DNA of 64,000 nucleotides from a virus (Duplodnaviria; Caudoviricetes). Within the stretch, counting starts at the first letter, position 1. Each line of letters starts with the position of its first letter. This document shows positions 11,538 to 21,147 of this stretch, piece after piece. The DNA lies in IMG/VR virus record IMGVR_UViG_3300035520_000607, positions 59,604 to 123,603 of that record. One strand, given 5' to 3'. Made by a program: the position numbers and the translations under genes. A model generated the notes under the pieces. The model saw only the letters and a program-made list of their open reading frames with translations. It was not told where the DNA came from and did no database searches.

Positions 11538-12005
11538 TTATTTTTCGTTATCATTAGATAATGTAGATACTTTAGGTAATCTGCGGATATCCTCCATTAA
11601 ATCTTCTGCAAAGCTATTACCTTCTTCTTCTTTATAATATTTAAAACGTCTCTCTAGGACATCTAAACTATAGTCATCTATATAACCTTTTTGATAACAA
11701 AAATAATGATGCTTTTCTGTTATAAAAGCTTTTATATCTTCTTTATCAGAACCCTTTAATATTTCTATTGTTGAAGACATATCTTGTAATTGTTTAGTCA
11801 TTTCTTCTTGATTTGTTAAAATTTGACTAATTTGTTGTTCTATTGAAACCCTTCCCTTTTCTTCTTTAGATTTCTTTTTATAATTTTGAGAAATTTTATC
11901 TTTAACTCAATCTAAATATGTTACAACGCCTTTTGCGGCAATAGCCAATATTACTATAAAAATAAGGATTTCTGATAAATCATATCTTGTTAGTAATTCT
12001 TCCAT
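11538..12005 (-). CDS. Holin-like membrane protein, 155 aa (TGA=Trp at codon 33)
   Basis: AAGGAGG RBS; MEELLTRYDLSEILIFIVILAIAAKGVVTYLD*VKDK..., one TM, coiled coil, C-terminal Y..EGNSF...IRRLP as in Firmicute phage holin-like proteins. Confidence 0.65.
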
Positions 12006-12096
12006 ATTATATTACCTCCTTCTTCTCTGTTTATATAAAAAATCTTTTAAATAATTTAAATAGGTAAGCCCAAAATAAAAGATAATTTAATAAAAA

Positions 12097-13521
12097 TTAT
12101 CTTTTATAAAATACTCTTTTTCCATTAAAATAAACTTCTGTTAATTCATTATTGTTGAAATATACATTTCCTAATTTAGTATTGTTAAAATATATTATTG
12201 GATATCTTGAAAAGTATCCTGTTATTGGATTAGCAAACATGATATTTTGTCCAGTATAATAAGTATGTTCAATTACCCCTTTTAGTGAGTTACAATTATA
12301 GAATAATAGTATATTATTATAGTCTATAGGAACATGTTTTAATGATCAATTATCTTCACAAAATATATATTCTAATTTACTACAACCGTTAAACATCATA
12401 TAAAAATTAGTTACATTAGAAACATCAAAACTATTTAAATCTAATTCAGTTAAAGAGGAGCAACCACTGAACATCTTTTTCATATTTGTAATATTTGAAG
12501 TATCAAAGTCACTTAAATCTAAAGAAGTTAGACTAGAGCAAGAAGCAAATAAGCTATCCGCACTTCCATATCCCAATCCAGATAACACACTAGTAGTTAA
12601 AGTACTTTTATTTTCACTAATTCAACTTGCTAATGAAGAACAATTATCTTCACCTGAAAAACTGACTGTTCCAGAAGTATCATCACTTAAAGTATAATCA
12701 AAAGTTATAGTTGGTGAAGTAAAGTAACCAGCTGAGGGATTAGCATAGCTAATATCAGTTTTAGATTCATCATACTCAATTGCACCTTTTAAGGAAGAAC
12801 AGTAACCGAACATCTTATCACTATCTATAGTTTGTTCAGATGAAGATCAATCTTTGTTACAATATATTGTTTTTAGATTTTTATTATTTGCAAACATCCT
12901 ATCCATATCTGTTACATTAGAGGTATCAAAATTACTTAAATCTAAAGAGGCTAACTCGCTACACCAACTAAACATATAGCTTATATTAGTAACATTTGAT
13001 GTATCAAAATTACTTAAATCTAGAGAAGCCAAAGATCTACAACTACCAAACATATTATCCATATTGGTAACATTAGAAGTATTAAAACTCCTTAAATCTA
13101 GAGAAGATAATTTACGACAAGTCATAAACATAGAATTCATATTAATTACGTTAGAAGTATCGAAATTGCCTAAATCTAAAGAAGTTAACTTACTACAACC
13201 CTCAAACATAAATGACATGTCTGTTACTCCCCTTGTATCAAAATTACTTAAATCTAATTCAGTAAGTGATGAACAACCAGAGAACATATAACTCATATCT
13301 GTAATTTCTTCTGTTGGAATATAAGGACTTCATTTTATGGTAGTTAAACTACTACAACCATAAAACATTCTTTTTGTACTTATTAAAGTACCCATTCGTT
13401 CAGTTGTTGCTACCCCTGTACTTGAAACATTAGGATTCTTACTATCTGCAGCCGGTGATGATGATGAAACATCCTTAAATCTTTGAATATTAAGATCAAT
13501 ATATAATTTTACTGTTGTCAT
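12097..13521 (-). CDS. DUF285/BspA-like leucine-rich-repeat protein, 474 aa (4 TGA=Trp)
   Basis: Four track ORFs join in frame; tandem 26-aa repeats MFxGCSxLxxLDLSNFDTSNVTNMxx. Confidence 0.88.
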
Positions 13522-13850
13522 TAAATATTTCTCCCATCTCCTATAATTAAATCGCTTAAATCTACTTCAGTTAAAGAAGTGCATCCTTCGAACAAAGATT
13601 CTGCATTTTCTCATGTTGATCATAGTGTCCCACTTATTTTTGCAGTTAATAAGTTTTTTACTCCAATAGTATCTGTAATAAATTCTCTTAAATCGTCAAA
13701 AGAATTGTTAAAAGAGTCTTCAGAACTTTGTGAAGTACCAAATTTTTCATTCCCTGATTCATAGCCTTCCTTTTTTGAAGTATATATAAATTCATAAGAT
13801 GTAGAATACTTAAATCTTTGAATATTAAGATCGACGTATAATTTTATCAC
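13521..13850 (-). CDS. Short paralogue of the LRR protein, 109 aa (2 TGA=Trp)
   Basis: GTG start overlapping upstream TAG; reads through to TAA at 13521-13523 (TAATG overlap); LFEGCTSLTEVDLSD repeat; shares KLY.DLNIQRFK N-terminus. Confidence 0.75.
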
Positions 13851-14158
13851 TATGCGTCACTCCCATCATTAGTTATATATAAAGTAGTCCCAGCCAATCT
13901 AACTTTTAAACCTCCCACTGTAGAAGTATCTGCATTAGGTGTTGAAGTAAGAGCATTTTCTAATTTAATTTTATCTTCTGAGCTCATTAATCCATCAGAG
14001 GTCTCAGTAGCATTAGTTAATTTGTTTATTTCAATTCTATCTTGATTATCATCAAAATAAATTTTCCCATTATCAGTTGTAATTATAAATTGTCCATCTT
14101 TGATAGGTAAATTATCCAATTTATCACTAGAACCGCTGTATGGTTTAAATATTGCCAT
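13850..14158 (-). CDS. Small tail-fibre-related protein
   Basis: MAIFKPYSGSSDKLDNLPIKDGQFIITTD N-terminus and AT..SDGLMS.EDK.KL fibre repeat. Confidence 0.75.
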   Translation of the reverse strand: MAIFKPYSGSSDKLDNLPIKDGQFIITTDNGKIYFDDNQDRIEINKLTNATETSDGLMSSEDKIKLENALTSTPNADTSTVGGLKVRLAGTTLYITNDGSDA

Positions 14159-14181
14159 TTAATATCTCTCCTTTATTTTAA

Positions 14182-14212
14182 ATAAAAAGAGGGCGTATTT
14201 CTACGCCCTTTC
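14182..14212 (-). terminator. Intrinsic terminator
   Basis: AGGGCGTA/TACGCCCT stem with U-tract on minus strand. Confidence 0.75.
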
Positions 14213-14222
14213 ATTTTTATTA

Positions 14223-15593
14223 TTATTCTATTGTTCCCCAAGTTAATGCGCTATCAGTGTATGCTTTTGCACTAGTTAATGCATCATCAGCAGCACCGCT
14301 AGCATCATAATTACTTGCTAAACCATCTGCATATTCTTTTGCATTAGTCTCAGCTGTGCTTGCACTACCAGCAGCATCAAAATCGCCAGCTGTAGCATAA
14401 GCCGCACTACCTAATCCTTTAACTGCTACATCAGTACCATCAACAGAAATAGTTCCATTAGTAGAACCAGTTTCAACAGATTGAACAGCTGTATCTGCTA
14501 AAGCTCCTTGCTCTGCAGTTGCATAGTTATTTGCTAAACTATTAGCATAAGCTTTTGCGCTTTCAGCAACGTTATCTGCATATTTCTTAGCACCAGCTAT
14601 AGTTGCGCTATCTTTAGTATCAGTAGTAGAACCTTCTAATGCAGTTTTAACTTCACTAGCTGCTCCAGCTTTATCATAAGCTGTACTATCAGTATAAGCG
14701 GCAGATCCTAGACCATTAACTTCAACATCTGAACCAGATACTGAGATTGTACCCTTTTCAGAACCAGTTTTAATATCACTAGATTGTAAAGCACTATCAG
14801 CTTTATTTAAACTAGTTTTAATAGCATCTGCTAATTGATCTTTACCGATTGAACCATTTATAACATTTGCAGTTACTTTATGATCTGCATCAATAGCAAC
14901 ATGGACAGTTGAAGTATCTTCTCCTGCAGTTACATATTCAATTAAATCAGATACATTAATATAAACTTTATCATTTGTTGCATTAGCTAAAGTTAATACT
15001 AAGTAAGTTCCTGTATGATTACTATCTGGGTTAGTTTTTACTTCACCGCTTGATACTACCATATCTTTAGGAATATTAATAGTTGTGCTTAATCCAGTTG
15101 CTTGTTGAGCGATAGTGTATGCTTTTGCATATCCTTCTGGAGTACTTTCAGTTACTGTTACAGTATAGTCAGTTCCAGCAGGTACATTAACATATAATCC
15201 ATCTTCTTTTAATTCTAAATTGTTATTAGCTTCTTTAGAAATATTAGCTTTGATAGTTTTTGCAGTAGTAGTTCCACTTACGTCGATTGATTTATCTCCT
15301 GCGGCAATACTATTTACAACTTCTTTTTTAGCAGTTTCGATAGCTGAATCTATCATATTTGAGATTGAGTTATCTCCAGATCCAACTAATGTTTGTAATT
15401 GAGTATATAATGCTTCGTTACCTTTAGTTGAATCATTAACTAAATTAACGGCTGAAACAACTTCATCTTCAGTAGTTAATTCTTTTGAACCTAAATATAA
15501 TTTCTTTCCATCAATATAATAGAAAGTATCTTCATTAGGTGTCATTGCTGCATATTGACTTGCAGACCCTTTAATAAATTTTACATTCGCCAT
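14223..15593 (-). CDS. Tail fibre-like protein, 456 aa
   Basis: Internal repeats GTISVxGxDVxVxGLGSAAY and AKxYAD; Ala/Ser/Thr-rich. Confidence 0.75.
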   Translation of the reverse strand: MANVKFIKGSASQYAAMTPNEDTFYYIDGKKLYLGSKELTTEDEVVSAVNLVNDSTKGNEALYTQLQTLVGSGDNSISNMIDSAIETAKKEVVNSIAAGDKSIDVSGTTTAKTIKANISKEANNNLELKEDGLYVNVPAGTDYTVTVTESTPEGYAKAYTIAQQATGLSTTINIPKDMVVSSGEVKTNPDSNHTGTYLVLTLANATNDKVYINVSDLIEYVTAGEDTSTVHVAIDADHKVTANVINGSIGKDQLADAIKTSLNKADSALQSSDIKTGSEKGTISVSGSDVEVNGLGSAAYTDSTAYDKAGAASEVKTALEGSTTDTKDSATIAGAKKYADNVAESAKAYANSLANNYATAEQGALADTAVQSVETGSTNGTISVDGTDVAVKGLGSAAYATAGDFDAAGSASTAETNAKEYADGLASNYDASGAADDALTSAKAYTDSALTWGTIE

Positions 15594-15629
15594 ATTGTGT
15601 CTTTTTTCCTTTCTTACGAATCTTTGTTG

Positions 15630-16073
15630 TTATTCTTCTATATTTTCCCAATGAAGATCTGCACTTCCGTCATTCATTAGTAAATAAGAAGATGTTTTTG
15701 TATCATAACGATACATATCAGTTCCATCTACATATAATGCAAATGGGTTCCCTATTTCAGGGAAATCTTGTTTGTCTAAGAAAATTAAATTTGACTCAGA
15801 CCCTACCTGTAGTTGAGTTCATCTACCATCGAAGTAACTCCATATTATTGCAGTCTCTTTGACATAATAGAAACCTTCAACTGGAGATTTTAAATTTCTT
15901 CTTGTTTCTTCATCTACTACAACTATAATAGATACGTATGGAGTTCTTTTATCTGTATCTAAATAAATGACTCTTTCATCTTGAGAGAAAATTAGTTGTC
16001 CAGATACTATTTCAATATCAGATAATTTATCTTTTGTAGTTGCAATAAATTTTATTTTACTTTTATCTGCCAT
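15630..16073 (-). CDS. Tail-fibre-related protein, 147 aa (1 TGA=Trp)
   Basis: YFDGR*TQLQ reads on to LHWENIEE* (TAA 15630). Confidence 0.75.
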
Positions 16074-16089
16074 TTTTAAAATCCCCTTT

Positions 16090-16440
16090 CTAAATAATTT
16101 CTAATGTGTATGAATCTTCAACATTTTCAATAACAGATTGGATAATTTCTTCTTTATCTCCATCTGTAAAATAGTCTATTCCTTTTTTAGGAATATATGA
16201 AGGAACAATACCAGCATCAATAACCTCTCCATTAGACATAGTGCAAATTAAATGTTGGTTTTCATCAATTATTACTTGTTCAATAGAAATTCCATCTTCT
16301 GGAGTTGGAAAATTCATTGAAATTATTTGTCCATCATTGGTTTTGATTTTTAGAGTTGTATTTTCGACTTCTAGACTAGAAATTCCAGATACGGCTGCTT
16401 CAGCAATTTTTTTACAAAGACTATAAGTTATAACATCCAT
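16090..16440 (-). CDS. Hypothetical virion-associated protein
   Basis: 116 aa, PKKGIDYFT.GDK motif common in fibre/BppU-like proteins. Confidence 0.65.
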   Translation of the reverse strand: MDVITYSLCKKIAEAAVSGISSLEVENTTLKIKTNDGQIISMNFPTPEDGISIEQVIIDENQHLICTMSNGEVIDAGIVPSYIPKKGIDYFTDGDKEEIIQSVIENVEDSYTLEII

Positions 16441-16475
16441 ATTATTATATCCTTCCTATTGTATTTAAATTACTT

Positions 16476-16658
16476 TTATTGAGCAATCCACTTATATTGA
16501 GAATTTAGGATATAGACTGTACCTGTAGCAATTACATATGCCACACTACCTGGACATAGTGTTTTCGTGTCAATAGTAGATAATTCATCTTCAGTATCAA
16601 GATAAATTTCTTTGTAATTATAATCTACTCTGCTGCCTTGTTTTACTGTATAAGTCAT
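16476..16658 (-). CDS. Small hypothetical protein
   Basis: 60 aa, AGGAGG RBS, PGSVAYVIATG.VYILNS...W. Confidence 0.7.
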   Translation of the reverse strand: MTYTVKQGSRVDYNYKEIYLDTEDELSTIDTKTLCPGSVAYVIATGTVYILNSQYKWIAQ

Positions 16659-16746
16659 ATATAAACTCCTCCTTCTAAAACTATATCAAAAATTGCGGCA
16701 GATACTTTATATATCTCTATCCAATTTTTAATAAAGATTTTTAATT

Positions 16747-16798
16747 ATAACTGTGCGGCGTTCGCTATCCGATCTTTAACCGACAACCGCGCAGTTAT
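16747..16798 (-). repeat. Structured intergenic element, copy A
   Basis: ATAACTGTGCGG/CCGCGCAGTTAT stem; shares TATCCGATCTTT and an 18/22-nt block with 19713-19772. Confidence 0.6.
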
Positions 16799-19362
16799 TA
16801 AGCTATCTTCTTTACTTGAAGATATGTATACATTTCTCCACCTCGAATACTACATCAAGTACTATCTGGGCAAAGAACTGCTAATTTTATGACATCATCC
16901 TTTGAAACTTTGATTATTTTTGGAGGACATGCTACTGCTATCATATCTCCTGCACAAACTGTATAAAAAGCAGAAACAGCTTCATCATTGCGCATTATAT
17001 ATGCGAAGAATGATTCTCCTTGATTAAAACCAATTCCCTGTAAAAGACCAGAGCATTCAATAGTACTAACATCACTTCCAATTACTATTCCTGAATTCGA
17101 TAATTTAAAATCGTCACCATTTTTTAAAACTTCAGTATCCATAGGAATAATGTCTGCTGAATCTGTCGATTGAGGACTAATACCGCTACTAGAAGTAGCT
17201 ATCATATAGCTTGGGTCATTACTACCAGTTAAGTCTGAACTAGTAATATACCCACTATCATTTGTTAATTCACTTGTTTTAGTTGGAACTGTGATATTAG
17301 CAGTAACACTACCAGATCCATTGAATGTTTTAACATTCGTTCCATTTTTTTGAATAGTTAGAGTACCTGCCGTTTCAGATGCTTTTATTGCTGTTCCTTC
17401 AAGGTCTCCCGTTAATTTACCATCAGTTCTAAAATAATAATTTGTTCCATTGTAATAAACAAAATATGTACCAGCTGGTAGCGTATAATTGGAACTTGAT
17501 GAAGCTGATCCATTTATATAAATAGGCTTTGCACCTTTTCCATTAATATTTAAAGTTAATGCACTTGCTGAAGTATTAGCCGTAGTTAATAACACTTGTA
17601 GATGAGATTTAGACAATAAAGAATAATTTGTACACATACCTATTTTTGCGGCAGTTGCTGCAGCTGTATTACAATATACAGAAGGTATAATGTTAGTATC
17701 TCTATCATATCCATCAGATATTCATACCCAATAAGTACCATCATATACGTATATAGAAGTCCTATCTGCTAATCCGCAATATTGACTACCATTTCCTGTA
17801 TAAACACTTGTATTTGCATAAATACTCTTAGCGCCAGTATTCCCTACATTTAGAGTACACGATGATGCTGTATTTGAGACCGTGAATCTTATAATAGCTA
17901 TTGCACCTTTTTGAAGTGTAAAATTACTATTCCCATCAATAGTTGCTACTTTCGCCGATGTTCCTGCCGCTGTGCTACATGTGCAATATGCTATATTAGT
18001 ATAATCTAATTTTGATTTATCAGTTGAAGCCATAAAACCGGCTGTTGATTCAGTTGCACTAGAATGTGAATGAGTTGAAGCAGCTTTTTCTGTGTTTAGT
18101 GTGTTATAAGCGTTATAAAGAGCATTTTGAGATGCTCCTAGACCATTAGCTGCAGCTCCGCTTGATACTGAAGAAGTATATGTGTCACTTAATTTAATAT
18201 GACCATAATTACTAGCAGTACCAATACCATAAGTTGTAGCAGATGAAGCATGGGAAATTGGTGCATAACTATGAGTGTGCGAAGTCGCAGCCGCTCCTAT
18301 TTCATCTAATGTCCAAGAGACATTCTCAGAACCATCAAAAGTTTTTCCTGTACTACCTATTGTAACAGTTCTCGCTGTTGCTAATTTAGTTGCAGTAGCT
18401 GATTTTCCGCTAGAGGTAATGTATCCGCTATCATTAGTAAATGAAGATAGCTCAGTTGGAGTCCCACTTAAATCTGAATATTTTCCAGTCTTAGCAACAG
18501 TAGCTAAATCTCCATTTTTAACATAGTCAGATAAATCAACTTTAGTTGTCCCAATTAATTCTCATTTTCCAGAAACATAGATATATTCATCATAAATATT
18601 ATTTGTTTCTTCCGTTTCTTTAGGTAATAAATAAAAAGTTGATGCACTAATATCTGATGTAGGTAAATTATCAACTACTTGAATATCCAATGAGGAAATT
18701 CCATTTACCATATTATTAATTTCGCTTTTTGTATACACATTTGTTTTTGTGTAATAATTAGTTAAGTTATCAACAGTAGAAGTTATGAAACTACTATCGT
18801 TACTTAATTCAGATACCTTTGTAGGTACTGTGACATTTGCGGTGATATCTTCTGAACCATTAAATGTTTTAATATTTGAACCATTCTTTTGAATAGTTAA
18901 CGTTCCAGAAGTCTTTTTAGCGGTTGCCGCAGTTCCGCTTGTTGTGATGTATCCGCTATCATTATTGAAGCTAGATACGTTTGTAGGTTTTCCAGATAAA
19001 TCGTCATATTTACCAGTTTTTGCTACAGTAGCTAAATCCGCATCATTCGCTTTATTTGCAATAGTATCAGCATAATTATCATATGTAGATACTTTAGTTG
19101 CGGTAATGCCACTATTTGTTGCAGCTATTTGGTTAGTTGATAAAGCACTCTGTTTATTATTCCAGTTAGTAATATCATTTTCTGAAATAGCTTTTACATG
19201 TGATGGTACAGTGGGATCAGTCTCTATACCGGTCTTAACTCTTGTATTTCCGTTGTCAAAATAAATCTGGGCAGAATCAGTTGTAATAATAAATTGGCCA
19301 TCTTTTATAGGTAAATCATTTAGTTTGTTACTAGAAACCCTATAAGGTTTAAACATTGCCAT
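16798..19362 (-). CDS. Tail fibre protein, 854 aa (3 TGA=Trp)
   Basis: Three track ORFs join; YDEYIYVSGK*ELIG, PTKVSELSNDS repeats, SHTH motifs. Confidence 0.85.
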
Positions 19363-19453
19363 TTTATATTCTTCCTTTCTCTAAATCTATATCAAATCAG
19401 GTTCAGATGTCTTTTCTAGACTTGCCCAAAAAAAAGAATGCGGGAATCCGCAT

Positions 19454-19693
19454 TTATCTTTTCTTAACTAACTCTTTACGATATTCGTTGCCAATTTCAA
19501 CATCAATATCATCGCATAGCTCTTGTAAATCGTCTCTAAGTTGTTTTAACATTTGTATCTTATCTTCTATCAAATAAACTTCATCAATATTCACTTGATA
19601 AGACTTATAAACTTCTGGTGTTACTTCTTGAGTTATACCATCTTCTTTTATTTCTGTTTTTTGATACATGCTGTCTTTTATAATTGCTTGCAT
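19454..19693 (-). CDS. Hypothetical protein
   Basis: 79 aa, followed by GAATGCGG/CCGCATT terminator at 19428-19453. Confidence 0.65.
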   Translation of the reverse strand: MQAIIKDSMYQKTEIKEDGITQEVTPEVYKSYQVNIDEVYLIEDKIQMLKQLRDDLQELCDDIDVEIGNEYRKELVKKR

Positions 19694-19712
19694 TCTAATT
19701 ACCCTTTTCTAT

Positions 19713-19772
19713 CGCGGGAAGCCGGTATCCGATCTTTTCCCAAGATCTAAGATCTCTAATCGGCAGCCGCGC
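19713..19772 (-). repeat. Structured intergenic element, copy B
   Basis: GCGG..GCCG/CGGC..CCGC stem enclosing GATCTT-GGGAA-AAGATC hairpin; similar to 16747-16798. Confidence 0.6.
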
Positions 19773-20186
19773 CTAAGCTTCTCCTCATTCCATTAATTCT
19801 TTAACTTCTTCAGCAGTATAATAATCTTTAGCGTCTTCTAAATCACTAACTTTGCTAGGTATTTCCGCCTTAGTGCAGTATTCTTCCGCATCATCTAAAT
19901 CAGTAACCTTACTAGGAATAGTAGGAGTATTTATTAATTCATTATAATCTGTAGTTCCAGCAGGACCTTTAATATTTTTAGTTTCTGGATTTGGTCTATC
20001 TTGATCATTAGTCCAACTAATATTACCTTCATCATCTACATTAGGAATAAAAGTTGCGCCATCTGCGCCAAGGTTTTGAACCATTGCCCCACCATTAATT
20101 GCGATAGTTGGTGCTATTTCCGCATTTGTAGAATTATTAGGGGATAATGAACCAGATAAATTATTTTTTGTATTAAGAGATGCCAT
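19773..20186 (-). CDS. Fibre-like structural protein, 137 aa (1 TGA=Trp)
   Basis: GADGATFIPNVD..GNISWTN, IPSKVxDL repeats; ends LME*GEA* (TAG). Confidence 0.7.
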
Positions 20187-20188
20187 TA

Positions 20189-20539
20189 TTAATCAATACC
20201 TCCTGGATATAGATAAAATATTTTAGCTCCTGTTAATTCATCATAACAGAAAGGAGTTTGGTCTCCATTTAATTTTATTTCATACCAATAAGTTATTACT
20301 TCATTTGAAGGATCTCCTAATGTAGTATCCGCAGAAAGTAATTCAATTGAGACTGAATCTGAAGCTTCTTTTACATTAAATTCTTTTTTTAATACAGGTG
20401 AATTATCTAATCCTTCTTCTTCATATATTTTAAATTCAATAGTATCTCCTGCTTTAAAAGTATAATCATCTAATGTTAAATCAAAGCTACCTCTATCTCC
20501 GCGAGTAACATAAAAAGTGCTATTTTTTAATTTAAACAT
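20189..20539 (-). CDS. BppU-N-like/baseplate accessory protein
   Basis: VTRGD, Y.F..GD.I.F.I, YWYEI.L pattern. Confidence 0.55.
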   Translation of the reverse strand: MFKLKNSTFYVTRGDRGSFDLTLDDYTFKAGDTIEFKIYEEEGLDNSPVLKKEFNVKEASDSVSIELLSADTTLGDPSNEVITYWYEIKLNGDQTPFCYDELTGAKIFYLYPGGID

Positions 20540-20602
20540 ATCACATTTCCTCCAATCTATTTATTATTAAAAAGTTGGGCAGACTTATTAATATTATCTG
20601 CC

Positions 20603-21133
20603 CTACTCTATTTCTTCAGTAGATTTTTCTTCTGTTTCTCCACGAAGTATTCTAATTTGAACTCTATAACTCTCTCTTAAATTTTTCCAAGATTCATATT
20701 CTTCGTCTGTATAATATCCTTCAATATATTTTAAAGTATGATAATCAGATTCTGCTAATAAATTTTGATAGTATTTAATTTGTTCTTGTTTTTCTTCTTC
20801 TTGTTTTTGCTTTTCTATTTCCGCAAGTTCTTCTGCAGAATATTCATACAATCCTAATTCTTTAAGTTCATCATCAGTATAAGGGACATAAATATTAACT
20901 GTTTCAGTTTCTTCATGTGCAGGAGAATATTCAACTTTAGGGGTATCTATTACCCATTCAACATCTTTTCCGCCATTTTGATATTCCGCAATAACTTCAT
21001 AATGTCCTACTTCTTCTACTGCTTGAACTTCTTCTTTAAAAATCGTTTTTTGTGTTTCAACTAAATGACCTTTATTTAAATCTAACTCTTCCTCTTTTAA
21101 TTCTTGAGTAAGATCTTCGTTATATATTTTCAT
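20603..21133 (-). CDS. Acidic protein, possible tail fibre assembly chaperone
   Basis: Directly downstream of fibre gene; LAESDY..K...R..YR..IR.L C-terminus. Confidence 0.55.
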   Translation of the reverse strand: MKIYNEDLTQELKEEELDLNKGHLVETQKTIFKEEVQAVEEVGHYEVIAEYQNGGKDVEWVIDTPKVEYSPAHEETETVNIYVPYTDDELKELGLYEYSAEELAEIEKQKQEEEKQEQIKYYQNLLAESDYHTLKYIEGYYTDEEYESWKNLRESYRVQIRILRGETEEKSTEEIE

Positions 21134-21147
21134 ATTTTATTCCTCCT

